A stretch of DNA of 64,000 nt from Octopus vulgaris (GCA_951406725.2 OX597831.1:79980001-80044000), one strand, 5' to 3'; positions 1-11,958 are shown, numbered from the stretch's first letter. Numbers and translations are program-made. Notes: a model not told the origin generated them from the letters alone.

Positions 1-446
1 AGAAGGCCATATGTGTTTCAGTAAGACTCTGCACTATCACACATGGCTCTAGTAACACAGGAATGGATGGCTGAAAACTTTCTTAATCACATAACCTCTA
101 ACATTTGGCCTCGTAATTTCTCATATCTCAATCCATTGGACTATTACATGTGGAGCGCTGTTGAGAGAGAGAGGTCAATGAACATGCCCATAACACCAAA
201 GATTCTTTGAAAGCTTCCTTAGTCAGAGTAATGTCCAAAATGAACCAGGATAACTTAATTCAAGCATGTAGATTATTTAAATCTCATATAGAAGCAGTTG
301 TTGAAGCTGAATGTGGCTTTATTGAATAACATTACAGAAAAGAAGATTTATTTTTTATCCCTATACCATTTTTTGATAAAGTTATCTGGTATTATATAGC
401 TGTTTTTATAAACACAAATCTGTCCTCAAATATCTTATACACCCTG
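1..446 (+). mobile_element. Tc1/mariner DD37D (maT-type) transposon, 3' remnant with right TIR
   Basis: Frame 1 reads YVFQ*DSALSH...WPRNFSYLNPLDYYMW, with 37 residues between the two Asp. After a frameshift it reads ...QACRLFKSHIEAVVEAECGFIE* (stop at 327-329). It ends in caccctg at 440-446, the reverse complement of a CAGGGTG TIR end. Confidence 0.8.
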
Positions 447-1140
447 TGCATTACAAATCCCTATTCTATCTTTATGATAGCAAGTTATTATTCGCAATGA
501 CTATACACTACCTTTATGGTAGCAGGTTAGTGCTCAAAATTATATTTGTGTATGTTTGATGTTTGCCTGCACGTAAATGTGTAATGTATGTATATGTGCA
601 TTTGTGTGTACGCACGCGTGTGTTTTTCAGTGTGAATTGAATAAGACTGTGTACATCTCTCACTCGCAGCATCTTCTTCGTTCTGCTAGTTTTCTGTTGA
701 CCTAAACATCAGATGACCAAACAATATATCTGTCAAACTGTCAATATCTGTAACAATACATCACTCTTGAACACAGCCTGCCTCTATCTACACATCCCCA
801 TCCATATACTTCGATATACATGTACATGCACAAACACACACACGCAGGCAGACGTGGACACTCATATACATACGCACGAACATATATATACATGTCTACA
901 CATAAATACGTATATATCTATACACACGTACTCACACGCACACACACACACACACACACACAACACACACACACACACACACACATAAATATGTTTATAC
1001 AGATACACATCATTCGTTTTCTGCATACACGTTTCTATATATCACTGAGAGTCTGAGTTGTGTGTGTGTGTGTGTGTATGTGCGTTTGCTGTTTGTCTGT
1101 GTGTATGCATGTGTGTGTTTGTTGTGTGTCCGTGACTGTG

Positions 1141-1181
<41 letters not shown>

Positions 1182-1674
1182 GTATGTACATATGTGCGGG
1201 CACCCATCTATCAAATTCTCAATTGAAACGAAATTAAACTCCAAAAGGGTCAAACTCTGACCCTTTCTTGGAATCTGAAATTCGTCTGCGAGAGAATTAT
1301 AAGATGAAACCAATTATATCGTTTTCTAATTTCTTTATCATTCAGTCGGTCACATTATCGGCATAACAACATCAACCACTAGGATGATAGGTAGATATCT
1401 ATATGAATGTGTGTGTGCGTGTGTGTGTGCGTGTACACCTCTGTGTGTGTGTGAGAGAGAGAGTGTGTGTACGTGCGTGCGTGTGTGTAAAGCCTAACAT
1501 AAACTAAATATTAATTCAGCGTCGACAACTGTATATATATTCATTTATATATATCTGAGAGTGAATATATTCATTTGTAAATATACACGCACACATTCAC
1601 ACATATCTATGTAGCTATACTCACACGCGCGCATACATGTATACATGCATGCATATATTTATATACACACACAG

Positions 1675-1736
<62 letters not shown>

Positions 1737-2111
1737 GTGTGTGTGCGTGTGTATGTGTGTGTAACTTCCTGTCAAATTTCTAGCCTAAAAATGACATATA
1801 TTACTTTTAAGGACCATAAGTATAATCTTCAATATTTTCCCAATATAATTGATAAGTGTGAAAAAAATAGAACGAGTCTGGTGTCCTGTATTCTGCGTTT
1901 TCGTAAGAGGCCCTTTTTTCCCCGTTATAAATATTTGTTGAATACAACTAATAGTAGTAGCTTATAATGTGTTTGGGTCGTCACAGACCAAAAATGATGA
2001 AAGCGCCACACCTGTCTGATGAGGATGGTTACCAGAAACCCTGCAGGACAGAAACAATACTTGTCTAAGAATCAGAGAAATCTAAAAAAAAAAAAGAAGA
2101 AAAGAAAAAGG

Positions 2112-2432
2112 AGCACTCCGTCAGTTACGACGACGAGGGTCCCTGCTGGTACGATCAACGGAGCAGCTTGCTCGTGAAATTAACGTGCAAGGGGCTGAGC
2201 ACTCCACATACACGTGTACCCTTAACGTAGTTCTCAGGGAGATTCAGCGTGACACAGAGTGTGACAAGGCTGACCCTTTGAAATACAGGTACAATTCATT
2301 TTTGCCAGTTGAGTGGACTGGAGCTACGTGAAATAAAGTGTCTTGCTCAAGGACACAATGCGTCGCCGGGAAACGAACTCACGACCTTACGGTCGTGAGC
2401 AGAATGCCCTAACCACTAAGCCACGCGTCTTC
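2112..2432 (-). mobile_element. tRNA-derived SINE, family C
   Basis: The minus strand starts gcgtggcttagtggttagggcattctgctcacgaccgtaaggtcgtgagttcg (A and B boxes). The body is repeated at 5557, 6715, 9499 and 24877. Confidence 0.8.
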
Positions 2433-2604
2433 ATTAGAGAAATCTATTGTGTAGACAACGGCCAAGTAGCAAAAGTCAAAGACTTCGAAATTCGGCTTAA
2501 TATCCTCTGGGAGAGAGGCACTCTTTTGCTTTTGATAAAGTATGTCTCTAGAGAAAAGTACTAAAATATGCAAACATACAACAGCGATGGAAATGAAAGG
2601 TTTT

Positions 2605-2728
2605 GCTGGGCTGAGCTGGGCTGGGATGGGCTAGGATGGGCTGGGCTGGGCTGGGCTGGGCTGGGCAGGGTTGGGCTGGGCTGGGCTGGGCAGGGTTGGG
2701 CTATAGGATGGGATGGGCAGGGCTGGGC
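2605..2728 (+). repeat. (GGGCT)n pentanucleotide repeat, G-quadruplex-prone
   Basis: About 24 imperfect gggct/gggat/gggca/gggtt units. Confidence 0.9.
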
Positions 2729-2852
2729 AACCCCAGAAAGCAGCTAGACCGGAAAAGGACAATTCCGACCGTGAACCGTAACTGCCTGGGAATGCCTGGG
2801 AAAAAGGTGAAGGATAATGCTGATATATATATATATATGGCATATTTATAAT

Positions 2853-3639
2853 CCTTTCTACTCTAGGCACAAAACCTGAAATTTTTTGTGGGGGGCCAGG
2901 CGATTAGATCGACCCCAACTGGTACTTAATTTATCGACCCTAAAAGGATGAAAGGCAAAGTCGACCTCTTCGGAATTTTAACTCAGAACGTAAAGAAAGA
3001 CGAAATACCTATTTCTTTACTGCCCTCAAGGGGCTAAACACAGAGGGGACAAACAAGGACAGACAAACGGATTAAGTCGATTATATCGACCCCAGTGTGT
3101 AACTGGTACTTATTTAATCGACCCCGAAAAGATGAAAGGCAAAGTTGTCCTTGGCGGAATGTGAACTCAGAGCGTAGCGGCAGACGATATACCGATAAGC
3201 ATATCGCCCAGCGAGCTAACGTTTCTTATTTCTTTATTGCCCACAAGGGGCTAAGCATAGAGTGGATAAACAAGGACAGATAAAGGAATTAAGTCGATTA
3301 CATCGATCCTAGTGAGCAACTGATACTTAATTTATCGACCCTGAAAGGATGGAAGGGAAAGCCGACCATGGCGGAATTTGAACTCAGAACGTAACGGCAG
3401 ACGAAATACCTATTTCTTTACTACCCACAAGAGGCTAAACACAGAGGACAAACAAGGTCAGACAAACGGATTAAGTCGATTACATCGACCACAGTGCGTA
3501 ACTGGTACTTATGTAATCGAACCCGAAAGGATGAAAGGCAAAGTCAACCTCGGCGGAATTTGAACTCAGAACGTAGCGGCAGACGAAATACCGCTAATCA
3601 TTTCGCCCGGCGTGCTAGCGTTTCTGCCAGCTCGCCGTC
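2853..3639 (-). mobile_element. Head-to-tail tetramer of SINE family B with a 17-bp target-site duplication (TSD)
   Basis: Four ~200-bp units sharing gaaaggatgaaaggcaaagtcgacctcggcggaatttgaactcagaacg-like cores. The array is flanked by tatggcatatttataat at 2836-2852 and 3640-3656. Confidence 0.85.
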
Positions 3640-3689
3640 TATGGCATATTTATAATGTGTATCTAATGCTAATATGCATGACATCTATA

Positions 3690-3909
3690 AGGCGGGAAAC
3701 TGGCAGAGTCGTTAACACGCCGAGAAAAATGCTTAGCGGCTTATCATCTGTATTTCCGTTCTGAGTTCAAATTGCGCCGAGGTTGACTTTGCTTTTTGTC
3801 CTTTCGGGAGTTCCATAAGAATAGCTACCAGTCTGGCCTCGATTTAATCGATTTAGCTACTCCCCCACCCCACCCCGGAATCGCTGGCTTTGTGACATAA
3901 TTTGAAATC
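3690..3909 (+). mobile_element. SINE family B (older copy) with 13-bp TSD
   Basis: ggcgggaaactggcagag...ctgagttcaaattgcgccgagg...tttgaaatc; aatatgcatgaca occurs at 3671-3683 and 3910-3922. Confidence 0.75.
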
Positions 3910-4339
3910 AATATGCATGACACATTTTATTTGTCTCAGTCATTGGACGGCGTCCATGCTAGGGTTCCAACTTTGAAAAGTTTAGTCGAACGCACTATAT
4001 GTTTTAAAGTCTTATATTTTATAAAGCTTGCCCCTTATTCTCTCGGTTGACACCGCCAGTAAAATCAAGGCGAAAAAATTCAGGTGCTATGGACCCTATT
4101 CATCCAAAAGAGTGCTTGGACACACAACGAGTGGGTTGTGTCTGGTGCCTCCCGCAACCCCCGTCGTGACTATTCATTTATTCAATGCTTTCTTGTCCAA
4201 CAGAAGGTTCGTATAGAGGGTACGTAGTGAGTGTATACCCTGTGTCAATTGTCCAAGAAGATGTTGACCAACTACAGAACATGTTTGAAAAGAATTTCTG
4301 TGGTTGTGTGACAAGAAGCGTGCTTCACAACCTGGAACA

Positions 4340-4576
4340 TGAACACACCAGCATCGGTTGTCAAGCGATGGGGGGGGGGACAAACACAGACACACGCATA
4401 TATATATATATATATATACACGACAGGCTTCTTTCAATTTCCGTCTACCAAATCCACTCACAAGGCTTTAAACGGCCCGAGGCTATAGTAGAAGACAAGA
4501 TGCCACGCAGTGGGACTGAACCCGGAACCATGTGGTTGGGAAGCAAGCTACTTACAACACAGCCAATCCTGCGCCT
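4340..4576 (-). mobile_element. SINE family A, partial
   Basis: Matches the reverse complement of 9051-9350 (gccacgcagtgggactgaacccggaaccatgtggtt; ccgtctaccaaatccactcacaaggc). Confidence 0.8.
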
Positions 4577-4619
4577 GTACATATATATATATTTTTTTTT
4601 TTTTTATTTGTTTGTATGT

Positions 4620-4835
4620 GTGAATGTGTGTGTTTCTCCTCCATCCACCGCTTGATAACAGGTGGTTATGTCCCCGTAATCTAGCGGTTCGGCAAAAGGG
4701 TCCGATCGAATAAATACCAGGATAAGAGGGGAACAAATTTAAGTACTGGTATCGCTTCGTTCGACTAAAAATTCTTCAAGGTTGGTGCCCCAGTATGACC
4801 GCAGTCCAATGGCTGAAACAAGTAAAACATAGAAG
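4620..4835 (+). mobile_element. SINE family A, 3' half
   Basis: ccccgtaatctagcggttcggcaaaag...gcagtccaatggctgaaacaagtaaaa. Confidence 0.7.
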
Positions 4836-5556
4836 ATAAACGATTATCACTGGGTGCGTCAGAGCTGAAAATACGGCAAAACCCCTTTCAAAGGGCCGCA
4901 GGGAAAGAGAGGGAGAGGTGGGTATACAGAAAGAGAGAGGGAGGGAGAGAGAGAGAGGGAGGGGAGAGAGAGAGGGAGGGAGAGAGAGAGGGAGGGAGAG
5001 AGAGAGAGAGAGGGAGAGAGAGAGGGAGAGAGAGAGGGGAAGAGAGAGAGAGAGTCGAATAAATGGATGGTGATTACCCAGGTATCCTAAAACGTGAAAC
5101 CTGATGTTCGTGTTTGCATTGAAGCGGATTCCGCTGAAAACATGCATCATTTATTGTGGATGTTGTTAAACTAGATTGTGGATTAGTCTTTCCCCTTTTA
5201 ATACCCAAATGAGCTCCGATAAAATTCTCGCCATTGAACAACCTTATTTTAGATATAAAAGGGAAAGATTAAGGTACGACATGTTGGCATACATGAATGT
5301 ACACTAAAATCGTCATTAAATGAGCACGCATGCGTAGAGGGTGAGAATATCCACAACATATAAAATCTCCTGTTATAAAACTCGTTACGTAGCATGGCGT
5401 TTAGATTGTTGACTAAGAAAGGAGATCTGCAGGAAGAAATTAAATACGGCAAAAGCTAATCAATAATGTTTATAGAAATAAATTTAGGAGATCGAATTAT
5501 ATGCAACAATAAAGAAATAAATACGATGTGGTAGATATAAGAATACAATCAAGATC

Positions 5557-5920
5557 GTGGCACTCCGTCGGTTACGAGGACGAGGGTTCCAGTTGATCCG
5601 ATCAACGGAAAATCTTGCTCGTGAAATTAACGTGTAAATAGCTGAGCACTCCACAGACACGTGTACCTTTAACGTAGTTCTGAGGGAGGTACAGCTTGAC
5701 AGAGTGTGACAAGGTTAGCCCCTTTGAAATACAGGTACAACAGGAAACAGGAAGAAAGAGTGGTGAAAATGTACAGCCGGATTTGCCACTACCCCCTGCC
5801 GGAGCCTCGTAGAGATTTAAGTGTTTTCGCTCAATAAACACTCACAGCACCCGGTCTGGGAATCGAAACCGCGATCCTACGACCGCGAATCCGCTGCCCT
5901 AACCACTGGGCCATTGTGTC
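5557..5920 (-). mobile_element. SINE family C variant with tRNA-like head
   Basis: Shares the family C body (gtggcactccgtcggttacg...gtgaaattaacgtg). The minus-strand head is caatggcccagtggttagggcagcggattcgcggtcgtaggatcgcggtttcgattccc. Confidence 0.8.
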
Positions 5921-6086
5921 ACCACACTATCAAGATATAGTAAAGACAAAAAGAAAAAATTGTACATGAAGTGTGTTGCATAAACAAACTACTGCATGCT
6001 TATAATACAGATGAACAACTCACAAGGAACCTCTGTAAACATAAAGCGAAATGCATTAGGGCCGGTGATGTATTTGCAATAAGTAA

Positions 6087-6270
6087 TTATTTCTGCTATA
6101 GGCCTCAAGGTGCGGAGAGGGCTATTCAAACTGGTATTTATTTTATTGACAACGAATGGATGAAAGGCGACGTCGACCTCGGTGGAATATGAACTCAGAA
6201 CGTAAAAGTGGACGAACTTCTGCCAAGCATTTTGTCTGACGTGCTAACGATTCTGCCAGCTCACCGCCTT
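6087..6270 (-). mobile_element. SINE family B, degenerate
   Basis: ggatgaaaggcgacgtcgacctcggtggaatatgaactcagaacg...ctaacgattctgccagctcaccgcc. Confidence 0.7.
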
Positions 6271-6343
6271 GAACTTTTAAGAAATTGATACATTACAAAC
6301 TAACCCAAAATTGCAAATCACCACAAAATGACAACCCAGAAAA

Positions 6344-6376
<33 letters not shown>

Positions 6377-6377
6377 A

Positions 6378-6447
<70 letters not shown>

Positions 6448-6714
6448 CATACACACGTCCACGCATACTCATATACTCACGCATACGCAAGCCTGCACAC
6501 AAAAACACAGACATGTAAACACTCAAGCGCACACATATTTAATGTAATCATTTCCGAATATGAAAATTACAAACTTCATGACTTTAACTGTAGCAATTTG
6601 GACAAACATGTACCACTAAGCTTTTATCTCTCTAACTAAATATGCATCATCTTGGAAGGAATTAATGTATAACTGCAAATACTTTAAATCATGCTCATCA
6701 ACGGTGTATTTTGG

Positions 6715-6995
6715 GGAGGATTTCAAGCTGAGTTCAACTTCGATGGGTAACTTCGCGAAGGCGCTGTATTTCGCGCTGCTCCCGTCCACTCAGCTGGCAA
6801 AAATGAGTTGTACCAGTAATTCGAAGGGGGCCAGCCTTGTCACATTCTGAGTCACACTGAATCTCCCAGTGGGCTACGTTAAGGGTACGCTTGTCTGTGG
6901 AGTGCTCAGCCACTTACGCGTCAATTTCAGAAGCAGGCTGTTCCATTCATCGGATCAACTGTAACATTCAACGTCGTAACCGATAGAGAACCAGT
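6715..6995 (+). mobile_element. SINE family C
   Basis: Reverse complement of the 2112-2432 body (ctcagctggcaaaaatgagttgtacc...gtggagtgctcagccactt). Confidence 0.7.
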
Positions 6996-7024
6996 TATTT
7001 ATACATATGAATATATTAATACAC

Positions 7025-7116
<92 letters not shown>

Positions 7117-7400
7117 TCTCATTCTTTTATTCTTTTACTTGTTTCAGTCAGCTTTCTTACAAAGGGGTCTAATGCTCTTAGACTTTTTGGGAGGCAACCG
7201 GGTCGAACTATCTCAAGTGTAACTGCCCGTAATGGTGGTGACATCTGGGACTTGACTGAGGAAAGAAAGCCACGAATGTCCTGTCTTTTTTTGCCTGTCC
7301 TTCTAATTGTTGTTTTTCTTGTCCGTCTTTGTATTGTATATCTGTCCGAATGTTTTCATGTCCTCTATTGCGTTTTTGTTCCATTTATATGTATTGATAC

Positions 7401-7465
<65 letters not shown>

Positions 7466-7547
7466 GGTCCCGGGTTGATTCGGGGTTAACCACAGTAAAT
7501 AAGGTACTCAATACATATAAAAATAATTTATTATATAGAAGGAGCTT

Positions 7548-7587
7548 CTACAGGACTAGAACTGTTTCATTCAAGAGAAATCTTCAG
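7548..7587 (-). ncRNA. Truncated hammerhead-like motif (Penelope-type terminus)
   Basis: Minus strand CUGAAGA-tttctcttgaat-GAAA-cagttcta-GUC-ctgtag. The 5' strand of stem I is lost at the adjacent SINE junction. Confidence 0.4.
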
Positions 7588-7590
7588 GGC

Positions 7591-7748
7591 GATGGGCTTC
7601 TTTTAGTTTCTATCTGCCAAATCCAGTCAAAAGGCTTTAGTCGGCTCGTAGCTATAGTACAAGACACTTGCCCGAAGTGCCACGCAGTGGGACTGAACCC
7701 GGAACCATGTGGTTGGGAAGCTAGCTTCTTACCACACAGCGTGCGCCT
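7591..7748 (-). mobile_element. SINE family A, 5' half
   Basis: aagacacttgcccgaagtgccacgcagtgggactgaacccggaaccatgtggttgg. Confidence 0.8.
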
Positions 7749-8379
7749 ATATATATGATTCTTTTTCGGAACAGTGAAACTCGAAGCTCATAAAGCTATA
7801 ATAATAGTATGTAAACGTTGGATTGAAAAATAGTTTTGGATTGAAAAAGTCGAAGACTACCCATGGGATATACAACCACATCCTCTGTAAAAGGGTAGCA
7901 TCCGAATGTTTCTATTTTTTTCCAAATATTTGCATATTTTTTTTATTTATAACTTTATATGCGTCGAGATCCAGTTCCAAAATAAGAATTATTTCACGTT
8001 CTCTCGAAAGTTCATCGTTTATCTTTTACTTGTTTCAATCATTTGACGGCGGCCATGCTGGGGCACTGCTTTGAAATTTTAGTCGAATATATCGACCCCA
8101 GTCCTTATTTTTTAAAGCTTCGTACTTACTCTATCGGTCTCTTCTGCCGAAACATAAATTCACCTAAGCTGAGAAGTACCACGTAAAGTATTCTATGCAT
8201 CTATGTATTATATAAAGTAATGTTTGTCTCCGCTTAAACATGGCTGTTTATCGTAGGAACCGACGTTGCTGCTGTTTTTAACCCCTGGAAGATGCCTACT
8301 ACAGGTTACTGCATGTAATCTGCACCCGATATATATTGTAAGAAGGGGAGTGAACTCTTAGCAATTTCTAGTTACGAGA

Positions 8380-8428
8380 CCACCAGACCATACGGTTTCC
8401 ACCTCTTCGTGGTCATTCTCAGTGGTGG
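8380..8428 (-). ncRNA. Degenerate type I hammerhead ribozyme
   Basis: ccacca-CUGAGAA-u-gacc acgaaga ggug-GAAA-cc guau g-GUC-uggugg. Stem I is a perfect 6 bp and stem III is intact, but there are two core/stem II lesions. Confidence 0.6.
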
Positions 8429-8566
8429 ATATCGTCCAATGGAGATAGCAGTAGATCACTCCAGCTCGCAGTATACAGAAAACAAATGGCACACAGCCAC
8501 TGACTTTGCAGTATATATGTATGTATATATGTATGTATGCATGGTTGTATGTATGTATGTATGTAT

Positions 8567-9009
8567 GAGAAAGTAAGGAGGGATGTCAGGAAGGACATCG
8601 CTGTTACACTTCCAGAAGGGAAGGGTCTTCCTTTGATTCTGACATGCAATGTCTGTGCAAGACCCTGCCTCAGTAAAGCTGGACTCATGAGTCATCTTCA
8701 TAGTCATAAAACGAGACAGATGAGTGACAACCTGGCCAATGGTGTTGGTGTTAGACACCATACTAATCATATCTGTCAGGCATGTGGAAGGGAGTGTAAT
8801 TCGGCAGGAGGACTTAAACGACAAGCAAAGGTACATGAAGCCCAGTTACAACTACAGCCGGCTGTTGGCCGGTGAAGGTTTTAGTTACCAATTTTGTACA
8901 AGACATTGTATATCTTTAACTGGGTTAAAAAGTCACTTTCGATCACAGCACCAGTAACAGTTAAGCTTCGTGCAATGGCCATACTCGATAACGAGGGGGC
9001 AGCCATCAT
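8567..9009 (+). mobile_element. RTE-like LINE 3' end with three C2H2-type zinc-finger remnants
   Basis: CNVCARPCLSKAGLMSHLHSH, CQACGRECNSAGGLKRQAKVH and (frameshifted) YQFCTRHCISLTGLKSHFRSQH. These are followed by a short UTR hairpin (ctcg ataa cgag) and a (TATG)n tail. There are no TGEKP linkers. Confidence 0.6.
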
Positions 9010-9010
9010 G

Positions 9011-9050
<40 letters not shown>

Positions 9051-9051
<1 letters not shown>

Positions 9052-9480
9052 GAGTGGCTGTGTGGTAAGTAGCTTGCTTACAAACCACATGGTTCCGGGT
9101 TCAGTCCCACTGCGTGGCACCTTGGGCAAAAGTCTTCTACTACAGCCTCGAGCCGACCAAAGTCTTGTGAGTGGATTTGGTAGACGGAAACTGAAAGAAG
9201 CCCGTCGTATACATGTATAAATATATATATATATATATACGTATGTGTGTGTATGTGTGTGTGTACGTGTGTGCATTTGTGTCTGTATGTTTGTGTGTCT
9301 GTGTTTGTCCCCCCAACATCGCTTGACAACAGATGCTGGTGTATTTACGTCCCCGTAACTTAGCGGTTCGGCAAAAGAGACCGATAGAATAAGTACTAGG
9401 CTTACAAAGAATAAGTACTGGAGTCGATTTGCTCGACTAAAGGCGGTGCTCCAGCATGGCCAATTAAAAGAATAAAAGAG
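9051..9480 (+). mobile_element. tRNA-derived SINE family A, full length with internal (TA)n/(TG)n
   Basis: Head gagtggctgtgtggtaagtagcttgct...ggttccgggttcagtccc, then an internal microsatellite, then the tail ctccagcatggcc...aaaagaataaaagag. More than 15 copies in the window. Confidence 0.85.
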
Positions 9481-9498
9481 TATTTATGTATGTATAGA

Positions 9499-9822
9499 GT
9501 GGCATTCGCGCCGGTTACAACAAGTGTTCCTGTTGTTCTGGTCAACGGCACAGCCTGCACGTGAAATTAACGAGCATGTGGCTGAGTACCCCACAGACAT
9601 ACGAACCGTTACCACAGTTCTTAGGGAGATTCAATGTAACAAAGAGTGTGGCAAGGCTGGGCCCTTTGTAATTACAGGTACAACTCATTCTTGCCAGCTG
9701 AACGAACTGGAGAAATGAGAAATAAAGTGTCTTGCTTAAGGACACAAAGCTTCGCCGGGAGATGAACTCACGACCTTACTGTCGCGAGCCGAATACCCTA
9801 ACCACTGAACCTCGTGCCTTCA
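9499..9822 (-). mobile_element. SINE family C
   Basis: Collinear with 2112-2432. Confidence 0.75.
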
Positions 9823-10252
9823 CTTGTTTGTGCGTGCGTGCGTGCGTGTGTGTGTGTGCGTGCGTGTGTGTGTGCGTGCGTATGTGTGTGTGTCTGTGCG
9901 TTTGTGTGTGTATGCGCGCAAGCGTGTGTGTGCGCGTGTGTGTGTGCGTGTGCGCGGTGTGTTTCGTGTGTGTGCGTGTGTTAGTGTGTGAGTGTGTGAG
10001 TGTGTGTGTGCGTGTTTATGCATTTCCGTACCAATATTTACACATACACACATGCACCGATGCATCTCTTTGCACCTACCTATGTCTTATATAGAGACGT
10101 ATTATGCTCGCAATACACAACACATGCGAACGACCGCATTTGCATGTAGACATGCGTTAAGCCAATGCACACACAGAAGCGGGGGACGCGTTGAAATACA
10201 TGCATACACAGAAGAGCACGCTCATACCACCACATGCATTACATACATATAT

Positions 10253-10660
10253 ACTCTTTTACTCTTTTACTTGTTTCAGTCATTTGACTGCGGTCATGCT
10301 GGAGCACCGCCTTTAGTCGAGCAAATCGACCCCGGGACTTATTCTTGGTAAGCCCAGTACTTATTCTATCGATATCTTTTGCCGAACCGCTAAGTGACGG
10401 GGACGTAAACACACCAGCATCGGTTGTCAAGCAATGCTAGGGGGACAAACACAGACACACAAACACACACATACACACACATATATATACATATATACGA
10501 CAGGCTTCTTTCAGTTTCCGTCTACCAAATCCATTCACAAGGCTTTGGTCGGCCCAAGGCTATAGCAGAAGACACTTGCCCAAGATGCCACGCAGTGGGA
10601 CTGAACCTGGAACCATGTGGTTGGTTAGCAAGCTACTTACCACACAGCCACTCCTGCGCC
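10253..10660 (-). mobile_element. SINE family A, full length
   Basis: Reverse complement of the 9051-9480 copy; the tail reads actcttttactcttttacttgtttcagtcatttgactgcgg on the plus strand. Confidence 0.85.
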
Positions 10661-10815
10661 TACATGTATGTATGTATATATACATGTCTGTATGTATATA
10701 TACATGTCTGTATATATATATGTACACATTTCGATAGTAATATAGATATGTATGTGAGTTTGTTCATACATACATATATATGTATGTGTATGTATATATA
10801 TGGTTGTATATATAA

Positions 10816-11040
10816 AATTATAATTTAGGGTACCTAAGAGATACCGCACGCTGGAAATAGCAGCCAAATCCTGACTCTAAAACCACATTACATGTTTTCG
10901 TTGCTATTTCAAGCATGGTGGTATCTCTTAGATACCCTAAATTATAATTCTAATAATAATTACTACCTTTGAAGGTTTTTCTTCCCATGCTGGCCACTTG
11001 ATGAGATCGATATTTAGATTAACGATCTTATCCTTATTTA
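10816..11040. repeat. Long imperfect palindrome plus flank (same family as 48410-48678)
   Basis: aattataatttagggtacctaagagatacc... pairs with ...ggtatctcttagataccctaaattataatt. The flank 10950-11040 is homologous to the reverse complement of 48410-48500. Confidence 0.8.
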
Positions 11041-11077
11041 TATATATCTACATATTTATATGAATGTATGTATATAC

Positions 11078-11150
<73 letters not shown>

Positions 11151-11237
11151 CATGCATATGTATGTATATATATGTATGCATATGCATATATATATATATA
11201 TGTATGCATATATGCATATATATATATATATATATAT

Positions 11238-11323
<86 letters not shown>

Positions 11324-11884
11324 GTATATACATAGGTACTGTGTAAATATTTAAATAGTATCTATCTATATATATATATATATATGAAATTGCTAAGATG
11401 ATCTGTTCTTGACTGATGACTGAGGGCTTCGTGTGTGTGCTTAGGTACTGTGTAAATATTTAAATAGTATCTATCTATGTTTATATATATATATATATAT
11501 ATATATTATAGATAGATATACTATATATTTACAAACACACGCACATGTACACACATCCATTCATATTTACATACATGCATACATACATACATACATACAT
11601 ACACACATACATACGTACATACACAACCATCATTATAAGATTACCTGATAAAGTGTTCGCAGCGCGTGCATCGCCGTTGCGGTTCACTCACTCATTCACG
11701 GTTTTAGAATTTATTAAAAAAATCACAGCAATCTCTTTCATATTTTACCGAGAGAAGAGATTATACTTTCATGGCTGTTTCTTAGATCTAACGAAATATA
11801 CATTTCAATCACATACGTATCGATGATCTATCTACACACACACATACATATATATATTCATATACATATATATATATTCATATA

Positions 11885-11956
<72 letters not shown>

Positions 11957-11958
<2 letters not shown>

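Noticed and set aside
2010-2055. Hammerhead ctgt-CTGATGA...GAAAccctgcagg-acag
   Set aside because: It lacks the NUH cleavage triplet and has a weak stem II; at most a decayed relic.
2605-2728. Immunoglobulin switch-region-like repeat
   Set aside because: Only ~125 bp and no immunoglobulin context; the pentamer similarity is coincidental.
2853-3639. CRISPR-like or satellite array
   Set aside because: The units are ~200-bp SINE copies found dispersed elsewhere; there are no spacers or cas genes, and the context is eukaryotic.
8537-8957. Host C2H2 zinc-finger gene
   Set aside because: No TGEKP linkers, a frameshift, a start inside (TATG)n and a retroelement-like tail; a LINE C-terminus explains it better.
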